In this document: piece by piece, positions 36,064-49,525 of the stretch | How positions within the stretch are numbered: position 1 is the stretch's first letter | How the letters are laid out: the number at the start of each line of letters is the position of its first letter | DNA from: Thalassophryne amazonica | Taxonomy: Eukaryota | Direction of reading: 5' to 3' | Length of the DNA: 64,000 nt | NCBI RefSeq assembly: GCF_902500255.1 | Contig: NC_047118.1 | Location: forward strand, 75,533,565-75,597,564 | Program-made: the position numbers and the translations under genes | The notes under the pieces: model-generated | What the model was told of the DNA's origin: nothing | What the model saw: only the letters and a program-made list of their open reading frames with translations | The model's database searches: none

Positions 36064-37214
36064 CTAGTCTAGAGGCACAAATTTGGGGAAGGGTACAGTA
36101 ACATTTCTGTTGCTTTGAGGGTCCCAGTGAGCACAGTGGTGTAAATGGAAGAAGTTCAGATCCACCAGGACTCTTCCTAGAGCTGACCACCGGTCTAAAC
36201 TGAGCAATTGGGGGAGAACAGCCTCAGTCAAGGAGGTGACCAAGAACTCAATGGTCACTTTGTCAGAGCTCCAGCATTCCTCTGTGGAGAGAGGAGAACC
36301 TTCTAGAAGGACATCCATCTCTGCAGCTATCAGGCCTGTATGGTAGAGTGGCCAGACACAAGACACTCCTGAGTAAACAGCACATGGCAGCCCGCCTGGA
36401 GTTTACCAAAAGGCACCTGAAGGACTCTCAGACCATGAGATACAAAATTCTCTGGTCTGATGAGACAAACACTGAACTCTTATGCCAGGTGTCATATTCA
36501 TCACCAAGCCAATACCATCCCTACAGAGAAGCATGGTGGTGGCAGCATCATGCTGTGAGGATGTTTATCAGCAGCAGGAACTGGGAGACTAGTCAGGATT
36601 GAGAGAAAGATGAATGCAGCAATGTACAGAGACATCCTGGATGAAAACCTGCTCCAGAGTGCTCTTGACCTTAGACTGGGGCAATGGTTCATCTTTCAGC
36701 AGGACAATGACCCTAAGCACACAGCCAAGATATCAAAGGAGTGGCTTCAGGACAACTCTGAGTGTCCTTGAGTAGCCCAGCCAGAGCCCAGACCTGAATC
36801 TGATTGAACATCTCTGGAGAGATCTGAAAATGGCTGTGCACTGATGCTCTCCATCCAACCTGATGGAGCTTGAGAGGTGCTCCAAAGAGGAATGGACAAA
36901 ACTGCCTTAAGATAGGTGCACCAAGCTTGTGGAATTATATTCAGGAAGACTTGAGCCTGTAATTGCTGCCAAAGGTGCATCAACAAAGTATTGAGCAAAG
37001 GGTGTGAATACTTATGTACATGTGATTTCTTAACCATTTTAATTTTTAATAAATTTGCAAATATTTAAAAAAAATCATCATATCATTATGGGGTGTTGTG
37101 AGGAGAATTTTGAGAGGGGGAAAAAAAAAAAAGAATTTACTCCATTTTGGAATAAGGCTGTAACATAAAATGTGGAAAAAGTGAAGTGCTGTGAATACTT
37201 TCCAGATGCACCAT
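36064..37214 (+). mobile_element. Tc1 family 'B' element, 5'-truncated (transposase remnant ORF 36348..36602 and 3' terminal repeat)
   Basis: …RHKTLLSKQHMAARLEFTKRHLKDSQTMRYKILWSDETNTELL… then frameshifted …[24 protein letters not shown]…[12 protein letters not shown]…. Ends with …gggtgtgaatacttatgtacatgtgatttcttaacc…ctttccagatgcacc. Confidence 0.8.
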
Positions 37215-37460
37215 ATACCTGGTGTCAAAGTCTGAGAAGTGTTTCACGGTGTTTGAGTGCCAATTCCACCACAAACCCATGAAAAGTAGTTCTCTGCAGG
37301 CTGAAGGACCACCTACAGACCTGGATACAGTTTATTGTCACACCCAGGACTAAATGTATAAATAATGAACCATTTTAAAGTGGACAAGTGGCTGCTGCAC
37401 TGCATTAGAGGAAAAACATCTATAATAATAATGTTTTTCTTTCATTAAGTGACCTCTGAC

Positions 37461-37624
37461 CTTTCATTGTCCTGCCGGATGTAGGTTAGCGGTCCAGTCT
37501 CCACGCGAGCAATGTTGGTGTTTTGATCCAGCACATGGATGTAGTGATGTGGTGGGATTCGGATGATTGAAGCCTCGACTGGCACCTCTTGCTCCGGCAC
37601 GCGGTTTCCTCCTTTCGTTGACAT
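37461..37624 (-). CDS. MVP: Major vault protein, coding exon 1 (ATG at 37622-37624 on minus; [54 protein letters not shown]|R)
   Basis: Matches the MVP N-terminus (…[31 protein letters not shown]). Donor …aaag|gtcagagg. An acceptor-like ...ttctgttctgcttttcag sits immediately before the ATG, which implies an upstream non-coding exon. Confidence 0.88.
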
Positions 37625-38819
37625 CTGAAAAGCAGAACAGAAACTTTTCAAACCAAAGGTAACACAAACTGATTATTTAACAAGCAAAGGCCATTCTAAA
37701 TCTTCAAATTAGATTTACGGTTTTAGAATTTTCCTATTTGAGTGCATTTGCTGCTCTGACAACATAATTTAATAATAATGCAAAGATTATTTCCAATGTT
37801 CAACAGAAATCACCACGTTCTAGTCTTTCATACAGAACATAGCATCGTTCTGGTTGTTCTGTCCTTCCTGCTCTTCAGTTTGTCCATTTTAACGTTACAT
37901 AGGTGACTACTAAGGATATGTGCAGGTAGAGTGTACGTAGATTGTGCAGTTGCTTATGTCGGCACGTGTGACCATTGCGCTCTTTGTGCAACGCATTAAG
38001 GATATTTTTGGCCTAATTTTTTCCCCCTTCATCCCCCCGATGTCTTGTTTTAGACCAAATTCCAGATAGCTACCTTCTCCACCCAGAGCAGAGAGTAGAC
38101 CATCTACACAAGCCCTGACTTGAATTTGAGGATCTGTGTCTTTCATGGGGTTTTTGCAGATGCCAAGTTGATTGGCAACATTTTCACAACTCATGATTTT
38201 TATTTTTTGTGCCATTTACAGGGTTTTCAAGGAAGTCAAGTTGAATGAAAACATGTGCAAAGCAATTTGAGGTCAAGTTCATACAATCTGGCCTCATTTT
38301 TACTGTTCATAAAAGTGATTCTGATGGGTTCTTCATTCGTTTCTCACTTTATAAACGTAATCATCCCAGAGCGTTGGTTCTTTTTGTAGATTATTCAAGA
38401 GAAACAATTACAACTGGCAAAAATAAGATAACATTTTTGGAGGATTACTTTCTGAACCAAACAAGACATTCATTAAGGGTTTTTCGTTTACGCCGACAAA
38501 ACAAAAAAAAAAAAAAAAACAGCTCTGTAACTTTCAATTAAAAAACAAAAACAAAAAACAACTCCACAGACCTACCAAAAGAGAACCGATTTAAAATTTG
38601 TGTTAACAATCACCATAGAGTTCAAACAGAAGTTGGTAACTGACTAAAATGCTACTATAGAAGCAATTGTTTGCACAGAACCCACACAATAAAGTCACAA
38701 TAAAGATACAAAGATAGTGTAAAATATTGTCTGGACTATGTTACAGATCTTTTCCTGTAAGTCTAGAAAAAAATATTCAAAATTTCTGAAATAATTTTGT
38801 TATAGTTAGTGCAGCAGAT

Positions 38820-39100
38820 AAGTGAAACAATCATGCAAATGGTGATAAAAGCATCAAATTCGGCAGAAATACTCAGACACTCCTCTTTTGAAAAACCGAT
38901 TAGCCACTTGACCTTTCAATCGGTGGTCAGGTAGGGGTCAATTGAAGAATTACACAGAGGTCAAAATTAAGAGATGCTCCAATCATATTGAAAAATATTC
39001 CACATTATTTGCCTGATCATAAATATTGAAAAAAGGTATAGTTTGGACTATCTGTGACTGAATTCTATGGAGTTACGGGATAAAAACAGCAAGAATGGTG
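38820..39100 (+). repeat. Dispersed repeat family (…agtgcagcagataagtgaaa…ggtgataaaagcatcaaattcggcagaaatactcagacactcctcttttgaaaaaccgattagccacttgacctttcaatcggtggtcaggtaggggtcaattgaagaattacacagaggtcaaaattaag…)
   Basis: A second, duplicated copy in the same orientation lies at 43020-43400. Confidence 0.6.
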
Positions 39101-41439
39101 ACAAAGGTCAGTGTCATTTTGTGCAGTGGTCAAAAGTTAAAGCTGCTCCAATTTTGGTAAAAAGTGATGCAAATTATTGGTTGAGCTAATAGGATTAATA
39201 AATGGAATAGTGTTGAATGCTTGGTCTCCAAAGTAAAGGTCAAACAAGGTCTATGTCTATTGGATTCTATGACATGTGACATATGTTACCCCATAAGGTG
39301 ATAAGTAAGGATGATACATGGTACAAACTATTCCTTTTTAAAACCGTGTTAACTCAACTAGTAAGTAGAGTTACTGGTCCATCCAGTTGTCTGCCTGGGT
39401 GTGTCAATAACCTGCATCACATGCATATTTTAAGTTTTAAAAAATAAAACTGTTAAATACTTTTTAAAGTTACTAAATACCCTGATTATACAAAAAAAAA
39501 AAAACTGGTTAGTTTGTGTTTGTCATTTCTGACTACATTTTATATTCAAGGTGCCAATAAATTGTTGGAAGGATTATTTAAAAAAGGCTAAATAGCTACC
39601 CAATTTTGTCAACACTTTGCTGCTGAATGCTCGTGTTTTATTAATGGAGAAAACATTAGAATTTCATTAAATAATATTACCTCTTAAGTTCACAAAACTA
39701 TGAACCCATGGAAATAAGTGTTACTGTTACACAACTGTGGGAGCAAATCTAGTGATCAAACACCTGAATTACCATACTGGGTGACATCTAAACATGTAAT
39801 TAACAAATATTTATTATTAAATAAATACATTTTTAAAAAGTACAATGATTGGTCCTTCAAGATTTTTTCAAAGGCTCTCTGGTTTACATGTTTCCGGGCA
39901 GCTTACTGAAGATAAATTACTTTTGTCTATCAGTTGTCAAACAAGAAATCACTCCTACAGAACAAATAAATCATGAGTCCAAAGTCTAAATGGACTCAGA
40001 GATGATGCTGCAGATTAAGTTTGTCAATCCAAAGAAAAATGGAACAGTTTCTGCATTTACCTCAATTTGTATAAAATAAAAAATGTTTTTAAATGAGGCA
40101 CTGAAAGAATGTCAGATGAAATTTATACCTTTTTGGGAGGGAATAGAACAACTATAATCACCTGACCTCTGACACCATCAAAAATCACATCAAAAATTTC
40201 AGGTTCATCAACAAAAAGAATCAGTTTACAATTTGGTGCTCCTCCTCAGGATTTTATGACATCAGAATACTTGGAGGACTTCACTAATTAAAAACAAAAC
40301 TGAACTGACTGAAGCCAGTTCCAATGTTCTTAGCAAGCAGGTCAATACAACTTCGCAGGAAAAAGATTAATTTACCATAAATGTGAGTAACTGTATTTCT
40401 AAAAACACTTTAAAGTCCTGTAAGCCAGAGTATTTTATTTTTTGTACTTTTGTTTTATTTTACAATGTCAACACAGTAATTAAAGAAATATATTCCTCAT
40501 TTTCTTCATAGCTAAGCTGCAAACAGTAGAGAGAACAGCAGTCAGCTGCTTTCAGCGCTCTGTGAAGCTGCAGAACACTGAAAGCAGAAATCAGAGCGGA
40601 TACAGACACACTCCGCTCTGACTTAAAGGAAAAAAAAAAAAATCCTCCAGAAAAATGTTTCATAATCCAGAGTTGCTTCTGTGTCAGCAGATGCTGATAA
40701 TATACTCCGAAATTTACAGTTTATAGGCTCCCTGTTTCCAAAATGCTCGGAGACTATGAGAGCACGAGGAGAGGAGGAGGAGCCTCAGTGAAAAACTGAA
40801 TTAAATCAGTCCAGGTTCAGCTCTTGTTCAAACAAGGCAATTAGAGGTTATATTGTTTAAAAAAAAAAAAAATAATGCTATCCCACTGAAACATGTTGGA
40901 AAAAAAAATGTCATGACAGAAAAACTCTACCTGCTTCACAGGATTAAAAGGTACAGTGTGTCATTTTTGAAGAAGAGAACAAATGCTATATGTCCATCAA
41001 ATATTGATGTGTTTTAACCTTTTCAACGTTATTTATTTTATTAACTTAGACTTTGACAGAAACATTTAAAAAGAACTTTAGTATTACAAATATTACAACA
41101 TAAATGTAAATTTTTTTCTATTATTCTTTCTTTCAATGCATCTAAAACCACTCAAAATTAGTTAAAATAGGGCTTGCCAATAATGTTTTAAAGTATAAAA
41201 CCCTATAGCTTCAGGGGGCTCTCCTTCCTTGACCCCCACTGGGGCCCCCAGGACCCCAGGTCGTGAGTCACAATCACATAATTTACCTGGCATTAAAATG
41301 GTTCTAGCTAGAACCCTGCTGATGTGGATTTTGCATCCATCAGTAAGAACAGGTCGTGCAGTTTTTGTGGAACAGATCAGGTCTGGAAGCAAGTGTCAGT
41401 GCTGCTGCAGCCACTACAAAACAGTCTTGGGGCCTGAAT

Positions 41440-41660
41440 GGAAACCACTCAGACAGAAAGCCAGTCCATCCCCACCTCTCAAATGTAGCCACCCATCTGA
41501 CACAGCCAGTTGAAATGTGGGCATGTCCAGCTACGTTAGACACCAGTGTATGCTCCCAGAGCTGACCAGGGTCCTCAACACAGAGGTACCTGTGTGCTGG
41601 TTCAGGACCAGAGAGAAGCACCACATGGACAACATGTCATAGCTTATGTTCCCTCACAAT
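41440..41660 (+). repeat. Dispersed repeat shared with 18060-18250 (…catccccacctc…aaatgtgggc.tgtcc…gaggtacct.tgtgctgg.tcag…caccacatggacaa.atgtca.ag…gttccctcacaatg)
   Basis: Two copies at about 80% identity on the same strand. ORFs 18077..18292 and 41356..41565 are its translations; the family is unknown. Confidence 0.5.
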
Positions 41661-43019
41661 GCAGTTATTGATGTAGTTCTACAATCTTTTCCATTATTTC
41701 AGCTGAAAACCCTCTTCATGGGGTCATAGTTAATTTCAGTTAAAGTCCAACAGCTCCTTAAGGTCTGTTGGCACTTTCTTTGAACTGCAGACTCATTTGC
41801 ATTTTTTTGTTTGTTTGTTTTTTTGACTCACGCCAGTGTTTGTTTTAGAAATACAACCTACAAGGAGATTTAAGAATGTTCTCCTCAACGTCCATCCACA
41901 CTTTTTCTCTACTTGCTGTGGAAAACAAGAACTCAGTTAAAATCATTTCTCTGCTGTATGTTTTAATGGAGGGAAAATCTTCCAACTGACAAACAAAATG
42001 GTTTTGTGCAACATATGATTTCTTTATGCGGTACACACAAATATAAAAAAAACAACAATAATAATGCATGCAAATTTAATCATTCACCATTTATTATTTA
42101 TACAAGAGAAGCTATCTCATGGTATACTGTGTCCCAAACAGGAAGTGCCAAATTTTGAGTCCACAGTGAAACAGGAAATGTCAAATGTCAAACACTTCCT
42201 GGATCGACACATGAGATCTCATTGAATCTCGTGGGAATTCAGTGGGAAGTTCACACTGAAACAGGAAGTGCCAAATTTTGAGCCCATAGCCTGACAACCG
42301 CCCCTGAATTGGGCCAGATACTGGCCTCTCTCTCCTAGCCTGTGATTGGTTGGCGGCCAAGACGCTGACGTCAGCCCATGCGTAAGCCTCACGATGTGGC
42401 GCAAGCACTGCTCTCCTATTGGTCATTTAGGAGAGGGATTCCAGTGCTGCTCTCCTATTGGTTGTTTAGGAGTGGGAAATCTCACTCCAAAATGGAGGCC
42501 TGTATCCGGCCCAATTCACAGCCGGGCCAGTTGTCGGGATACTGAGCACACAGTTAAACAAGAAATGTCAAATGTTGAACACTTCCTGGCATGGGTGGAC
42601 CTGGGTGTCACCAGGCCACTTTGAAATCTGATTGGACACATCAGGTACCACCCCTGATGACTGACATGTTACAGCACCACAGGTCTGGTTGAAAAGAGCC
42701 ATTTTAAATCTGACACATATCAACTGCTAGGTCTCTCCTGTACAGTAGTTGGCACTGTGTACCACAAAAAGTTCTAATCCACCTTAATAGAAGAAGAAAA
42801 ATCTTGGAGCCATATTTGAACCTGAACATGTTTGAACCGTGGGCTCCAAATGACACCAAACTTATATTAGTGAGTAAATGACCGTATTATGCCAGAAATG
42901 AGGTCCAGGTTGTTAAAAGCGGCATTTCTCCTTTAATTCGGGTTGCCTTATATATACACACACACACACTTTTCCTGTGATTTTAGATTAATAAAGCTAA
43001 CAGACAGCAGCTGATTCAT

Positions 43020-43400
43020 GCTCTGTTGGCATATTAGTGCAGCAGATAAACAATCTATCAGATGGTGATACAAACATCAAATTCAGCACAAATGCACCTT
43101 AGACACTACACTTTTGAAAAACCGTCTGGCCATTATTAGTGCAGCAGATAAGAGAATATTTAGAGTGGAATCCTGCAAATGGTTATACAAGCATCAAATT
43201 TGGCACAAATACTCCATAGACATTAACTCTTGAAAAAACTGATTGGCCACTTGAATCTTCAATAGGCAGCAAGGTGGGGGTCAACTGAAGAATTCCACAG
43301 GGGCTGAAATTTTAAAATGCTTCAATCAAATTCAAAACTACACCACATTATTTGTCTGAAGATAAAGATAACAAAAAGGCATAGTTTGGACTATCTATGA
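43020..43400 (+). repeat. Second, internally duplicated copy of the 38820-39100 repeat family
   Basis: tagtgcagcagataa… occurs twice (43024, 43139). …ttgaaaaaactgattggccacttgaatcttcaataggcagcaaggtgggggtcaactgaagaattccacagg…. Confidence 0.6.
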
Positions 43401-46323
43401 GAAAAATGCTGGGGGGGGGGGTCTCAGGAAGCTGAAAGGTTTTAGCCATGCTAATGCTCCCCTGAAGCATTTGCGCAAAAAAGTGAAGACCTAATGGACG
43501 CTGAAGAGCGTCGCTTGTTCATGTCTGCGGCATATACATATTACTAACTTTTATTTACTAAAATTAAATCTGCAAGATTCCATTTTGAATTGAGAGTTTT
43601 GGATTTTAGTACTTTCATGGCCTCATAAAATGTGACATTTTGCAGTTCAGTTTCTGTAAAACTAAAGTAAAATCACTGTGTCACATTTAGTCAAACTAAA
43701 TTCAAAGTATTTGTGACTAAATGTAAGGTTTCAGGTAAACAGGTTCCAGATCAGATTTTAAAAACAAAACCAAAGCAAAGTAAACAGAAGAGTTTTTGGC
43801 TGTGGACTGCAGAAGGAAACATTCTGCCATATACGTTGTGAACGTGTGGGTGTGACAGAAAAATTTGATTATGAGTTTGAGGTCAAAGAGCAGCAGAGTG
43901 ACTGGACTGGTTCAGCTCCACCAGCCCAACCCACAAAGACTCAATGTGCACCATAGTTTTTTATTTATTCAATGCAGCTTGGTTGGAGACAATAAGTCTC
44001 CAAGTAGAAACATACGTCTCCAAACAACGTTGGTAATTTGTATAACAAATCCTAAAACATTAAGGATCACTTTATTTGACTGTACTATATACACACATAA
44101 GGGAATCTTGTTTACGGGTTTTGCTTAATCCGGCGTTTTAGTCCCATCAAGCGAGCTTCTTTGATTTATTACGATGATTAAATTAAGAGAAAATAAAACT
44201 AAACCAACCCCGTGACGTCACAAGCCTGACGGCAACCGGCGGTTAAAAGTTTTTTCCACCGTTAATTCAACTAGTTTACGACATAACTTTCAGATTGTTA
44301 ATAAAATCTCTTCATTTTCCTTTCTTCTTCTGTTTTTTTGTGTGTGACGTGAATATTGTCCGAGGTTGCTGGAGGTTTTCATTTGAAGGTTTTCACTGCG
44401 GATTTGGTGACGGAAGCGTCGCCGTTTTTCTTACCGTGTCTCAATCGCTCGGTTTCAGGCAGCTTCCGAGTCCGTACTTGAAGACTCTTCTGATTTTCTA
44501 TGGGTTTTTTTTTTTTTTTTTTTGCAAACCCGGACGATAATTAGATGGGCGTGGCTCCTTCTGACTTGCTGGGAAAATGACTCAGCAGTCACGTGTTTTA
44601 CCGACTTTTACTGCGTCACTGCAGCTGTGAGATCAGCGATATAAACAGCAGCAGATAAGTGAAATATATATAAAGGTTGAACAAGACAAGGTTAATGAGT
44701 GTTTTAAGAAACAAACAACTACTTATACTGCTATATATCATGTACATAAATATTTCATGAAATTTGTTAGAGCAGGAATAATGTGGAAATGGCGACACCT
44801 GCTGGCTGTTCCTCAGTACACAGAGGCCTCCCTGCTCAGCTCTTGTTGGAGCGACAACACACAGAATGTCTCTTTCAGTGCAGCTTCTTGTTCTGACTTT
44901 AACACGAAGTTAACACCCAAGTCTTTCATCGCCAACTGTAAATGGTCATCAAACATTCCAACTGTATCTTTCTGAACTCTTCCGCATCAAACTCTATCGT
45001 ATTGAGCAATAACAGGGGAAGTTGCTTATACATTTTAAGTTTCTTAAATATTTATTACAGCCACTCTTAAAACTTCAGTTATCTTTATAATTTTATTACT
45101 AGTAAGTTTTAGAATTGATTTAGATGAGATATACTCATTATTTCACAGGAATATATGATATCACAATTATCTGGGAACTACTTTGCGCAGGAATTCATCA
45201 AGCACGTCGGCTGCGGGCGCGTACTAACACAGAATACCCAGAAACTGTGGAAAGTTGTTCGGCCAAAACGAGAGCGTCCACTTTTAGCTTGTCATAAGCT
45301 AAGTTTGTGGCGCTCGTGAGAGTGCGCGCAGAGGGAGGAGCCTTCCAGTTTTTCATTCTTCCCCCTCTAAACACACCAGAAAAAGAAAATAAGATTAGTA
45401 TCACTTTTTGTCTGCTGTGGCAGCGTTATATTCCTGTTCGCTTCCACCAAATCCCCTTGCTTTTGCTTTAGTAGTTCCAAATCACATGAGAGAAACCAGA
45501 GCGCTGCTCTGTTCTCATGCGGAAGTGAGGCCTCGTGTGTTTCACAGATCTGGTGCTACAGGAAGTGCTGAGACAAGATGAGGCTGCTACAAAATGCACC
45601 TGCTCTTGCTGGGATTTCTGTGTGAGTGCAATGACTTTGGTGACAGTGTTAGATATATTTGTGTGTTTGATTATTGTTTTCCTTATTTATTTGTTTTGGT
45701 ATTAAAGTAGTTGAATTTATTAGGCACCAACACTTAAAAAAATCACTCATTTACAGACCACGAAATCAATACAAAAAAAGCTACAGGAAAGAAAGAACAA
45801 GAAAACAATGTACATGGTGCCCAAAAGGTGTAGGGAGAAGCAACGCTTATCAACGCCTACACCCAACTATACAGTCAAATCAACCCAAGCTACGTGCCAG
45901 TTCATGCACATTCATTTCCAACAAAGTCTGAACAGTAGCAGCTTATAACTACAGCTGAGGGAAGTCAATATTTCCAAAAGAGCTCCTATTTTGTACAAGT
46001 TACCTCAGTACATATTCAATAGTAAGAATTCAAATGAAGCAGATCCATCATACAACACAAACTCAACGTATTTCATCAGATACATATCCGGAGAACACCA
46101 TTTCTTTGTAAAAATCTTTAAACTGGTTGATATTTGGACATCGTTTGAGTTTCTCAGGGAGCTTATTCCATTTTTTGGGCCACAAATAGAGATACAGAAG
46201 CATTTCCTGGTCGTCCTAGTGCCAACAATTTTAAAATGACACAGACCCCTTAAATTATATATTCCTTCTCCTTGATTAAAATATTCTTGAAATCTAAATG
46301 GTAATTGCTTATTTTTCACTTTA

Positions 46324-46769
46324 TACAGTAGTGTTCAGAATAACAGTAGTGCTATGTGACTAAAAAGATTAATCCAGGTTTTGAGTATATTTCTTATTGT
46401 TACATGGGAAACAAGGTACCAGTAGATTCAGTAGATTCTCACAAATCCAACAAGACCAAGCATTCATGATATGCACACTCTTAAGGCTATGAAATTGGGC
46501 TATTAGTAAAAAAAAAAAAAAAAAACGTAGAAAAGGGGGTGTTCACAATAATAGTAGTGTGGCATTCAGTCAGTGAGTTCATCAATTTTGTGGAACAAAC
46601 AGGTGTGAATCAGGTGTCCCCTATTTAAGGATGAAGCCAGGCACCTGTTGAACATGCTTTTCTCTTTGAAACCCTGAGGAAAATGGGACGTTCAAGACAT
46701 TGTTCAGAAGAACAGCGTAGTTTGATTAAAAAGTTGATTGTAGAGGGGAAAACTTATACGCAGGTGCAA
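46324..46769 (+). mobile_element. Tc1 family 'A' copy, 3'-truncated (left TIR plus first about 60 transposase codons)
   Basis: tacagtagtgttcagaataacagtagtgctatgtgactaaaaag… to …gaggggaaaacttatacgcaggtgcaa, then unrelated sequence. Confidence 0.8.
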
Positions 46770-47289
46770 TCAATGAGCAATACAGAGTATGTAGAATGTG
46801 CTTTGCCCTATTTAATACTGCAATAACAGTCTGTAATGTTTTCACAGCATAATAGGACAAAGCTGCACAGGTCACAAGCAGTCAAGTCACATTTGTAGTT
46901 TATTTTTGAACCTCTCAGTCTTACTGGTGAAGTGTAGCTTTATTTCACTTTAATGACAATGTTCAGATGCTCTTGGCAAAATACGAGGTAGCATGGCCGG
47001 TTCCTTTCTTCACCACCCAACATACTTTATAAACCACATGTAAACTTGTTGTAGCCACAGGGTCATGTTAAGAAACAGTTCACATGTGATCATTAAGGTC
47101 AGCGAATAAAGATCACAGCACTCCTACTGAGTGGACATGACCTGCTAATATTGCTACATTCCATCAGGCTTCCAGAAATTTGGCTTCCTGTTCATAATAT
47201 ACAGGTACATCTTAAAAATAAGAACATTGTGGAAAAAGTTCAACATTTTTTTTCTCATATATTTGAGAAAGTGAGCATTTTATTATATT

Positions 47290-47775
47290 TTTTTGCAGAT
47301 ATTGTGGTTCTGTAGGCATTATCAGCTAGTGACTCTGAGGCGCATTGGACAGGTTTGTGGTGAGAATCTGAGACCATGGTCCTGTGTTGGAAAAGGGTGG
47401 ATTGTCCCTTCTGGGTCAGGGGAGAGTTATTGCCCTAAGTGCAGGAGTTTAAGTATCTTTGGGTCTTGTTCATGAATGAGGATAAATTGAAGAGTGAAAG
47501 CCATTGCTTCTTTGCATCGAAAGGAGCCAGCTGAGGTGAATCGGACATCTGGTGAGGATGCCCCCTGGTAGCCTCCTGAGGGATGTCTTCCAGGCACATC
47601 CAATTGGGAGGAGGCCTCAGGAAAGACCCAGGACATGCTGAAGGGATTATATTTTCCAGGTGGCTTGGGAACACCTCAGGATCCCCCAGGAAGAGTTACA
47701 AGACTTGGCCGAGAAGTGTGGGATAAGATGCTTGGTTGACTGCCACTGCGACACAGACCCAGATAAGTGGCAGGA
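47290..47775 (+). repeat. LINE 3' end (RT C-terminal region to stop)
   Basis: In-frame reading: …GHLVRMPPGSLLRDVFQAHPIGRRPQERPRTRWRDYISQLAWEHLRIPQEELQDLAEKCGIRCLVDCHCDTDPDKWQEMK*. No poly-A or tail was identified. Confidence 0.6.
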
Positions 47776-49334
47776 AATGAAATAAACTTTTATATATTCA
47801 AGACTCCTTACATGTAAACTAAAATGTTTGAAGCATTATTATTATTTTGATTATGGCCTACACCTTCAAAAGAAAAAAAAAAAAACCAACAGAAAATGTC
47901 TATTGATATATTTAATTTCAAGTCACTTATGATGCAGAATAAATATCACAAATCTCTCAATCTGGTTCAGTACACACAACCACAATCATGGGGAAGTCTG
48001 CTGACTTGACAGTTGTCCAGAAGACACTCACTGAGTCTCCACCGATTATTGCTGAAAGGGCTGAATGTTCACACAGTGCTGGATCAAAGCATATTCGGGT
48101 GATTCTTTAACTATGGGCACTATTGGCCTTGTAAATGTAATTTCCACCACACCATTGCCTTACAATATAAAGCGCCTTGGGGCAACTGTTTGTTGTGATT
48201 TGGCGCTATATACATGTGCTCTGATGTCACTGTTTATCTCCATACACACTACCCAAACAATCTTTCATACAAACTGTTTAGGGACATTACAGTGTTGTGG
48301 TGGAAATTACGGCAATAGTGTGGGACAACTACATTTTGTTTAAAAAAAATCACAACAGTTGTATGACATTGAATACCCCAATTATGTTTTGATTATTTTA
48401 CTGATATTTTATTCAGAGATATTTTAGAACATTAGAAAAAACGTTTCTTTACCATTCATTTTTATCATTGAAGATCAAAAGTCTGGGTGTGGGACAAGCA
48501 CAAAACGGCAATATTTGCATGTAATGATGCTGAAAAAAGGTGAAAAAGTCATCATAGACTACTAGAACAAATTTCTTAACACACTTTCATTGTAAAGATA
48601 ACTATAAAAGTGTGAAATTTCCCATTTTTTCAGTTTTTCATACAATATGATCAAAGGACATAAGTGCCCGTAGTCTAAGAATCACCCATTCATGGAAATT
48701 TGACCAGAAGGGAAAAGTGTTGTAGGAAGAGAGGACCCCAGGCTTGAGAAGATTTTCAAGCAAAGCCCATTTAAGAACTTGGGGGAGCTTCACAGGGAGT
48801 GGACTGAGGCTGGAGTCAGTGCATCAAGACCCACCACACACAACATGGAAATGTCCAGTGTGTAGTTTCCACAGTTGAGTACCGTGTCACCCGCTGGTGT
48901 CGGCCCACTATGTTTTATCAAGTCCAAAGTCAACACAGCCATCTTACCAGATTTTAAATTGTAGGGTATTGTCAAGAGGAAGATGACACCAGCCAGCCCC
49001 AACAATACAGACGAGCTGAAGGCCACTATCAAAGCAACCTGAGGTTAATATCACCTCAGTTGTTGATCTCATGAAATATTTAAATATTTTGAGATTCATT
49101 TTTCTATTTATTTATTTGAGCTGTAGGCTGTAAATTTCAAAATAAAATAAATGCTTCAAACATTTTTAATGTAATTTGAGAATATATAAACTTCTCACTT
49201 TCTGAAATAACTGAAAAAATATTTTTTCACAATACTCAATTTTTTTTAGATGCACGTGCGTATAAATTATTTATAAGTATAATATTTATTTATTTATTTA
49301 TTATATAATATCCTTTAAAAGCCATGTTATTCAT

Positions 49335-49525
49335 AGTAAGTCCCTTTGGCTGCTCCCTTGTTTGCACTCAGGGTCACCACAGCAAATCCAAGCTGGATCT
49401 GCATGTTGAATTGGCACAGGTTTTACGCCGGATGCCCTTCTTGACGCAATTTCACATTACATGGAGAAATGTAGCAGGGGTGGGATTTGAACCAGGAACC
49501 TTCTGCACTGAAACCAAGCGCATTT
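49335..49525 (+). repeat. Teleost SINE copy (…ggtcaccacagcaaatccaagctggatctgcatgttgaattggcacaggttttacgccggatgcccttcttgacgcaa…)
   Basis: A diverged second copy lies at 50823-50960 (…ggggtcaccacagcagatccatctcagacctgcatgatgatttggcacaagttttacgctagacacccttccagg…). Confidence 0.65.

Noticed and set aside
44295-44540. 81-aa ORF next to the CRE and E-box motifs
   Set aside because: Low-complexity (poly-F from a T-run) with no recognisable domain. Insufficient evidence for a coding gene.
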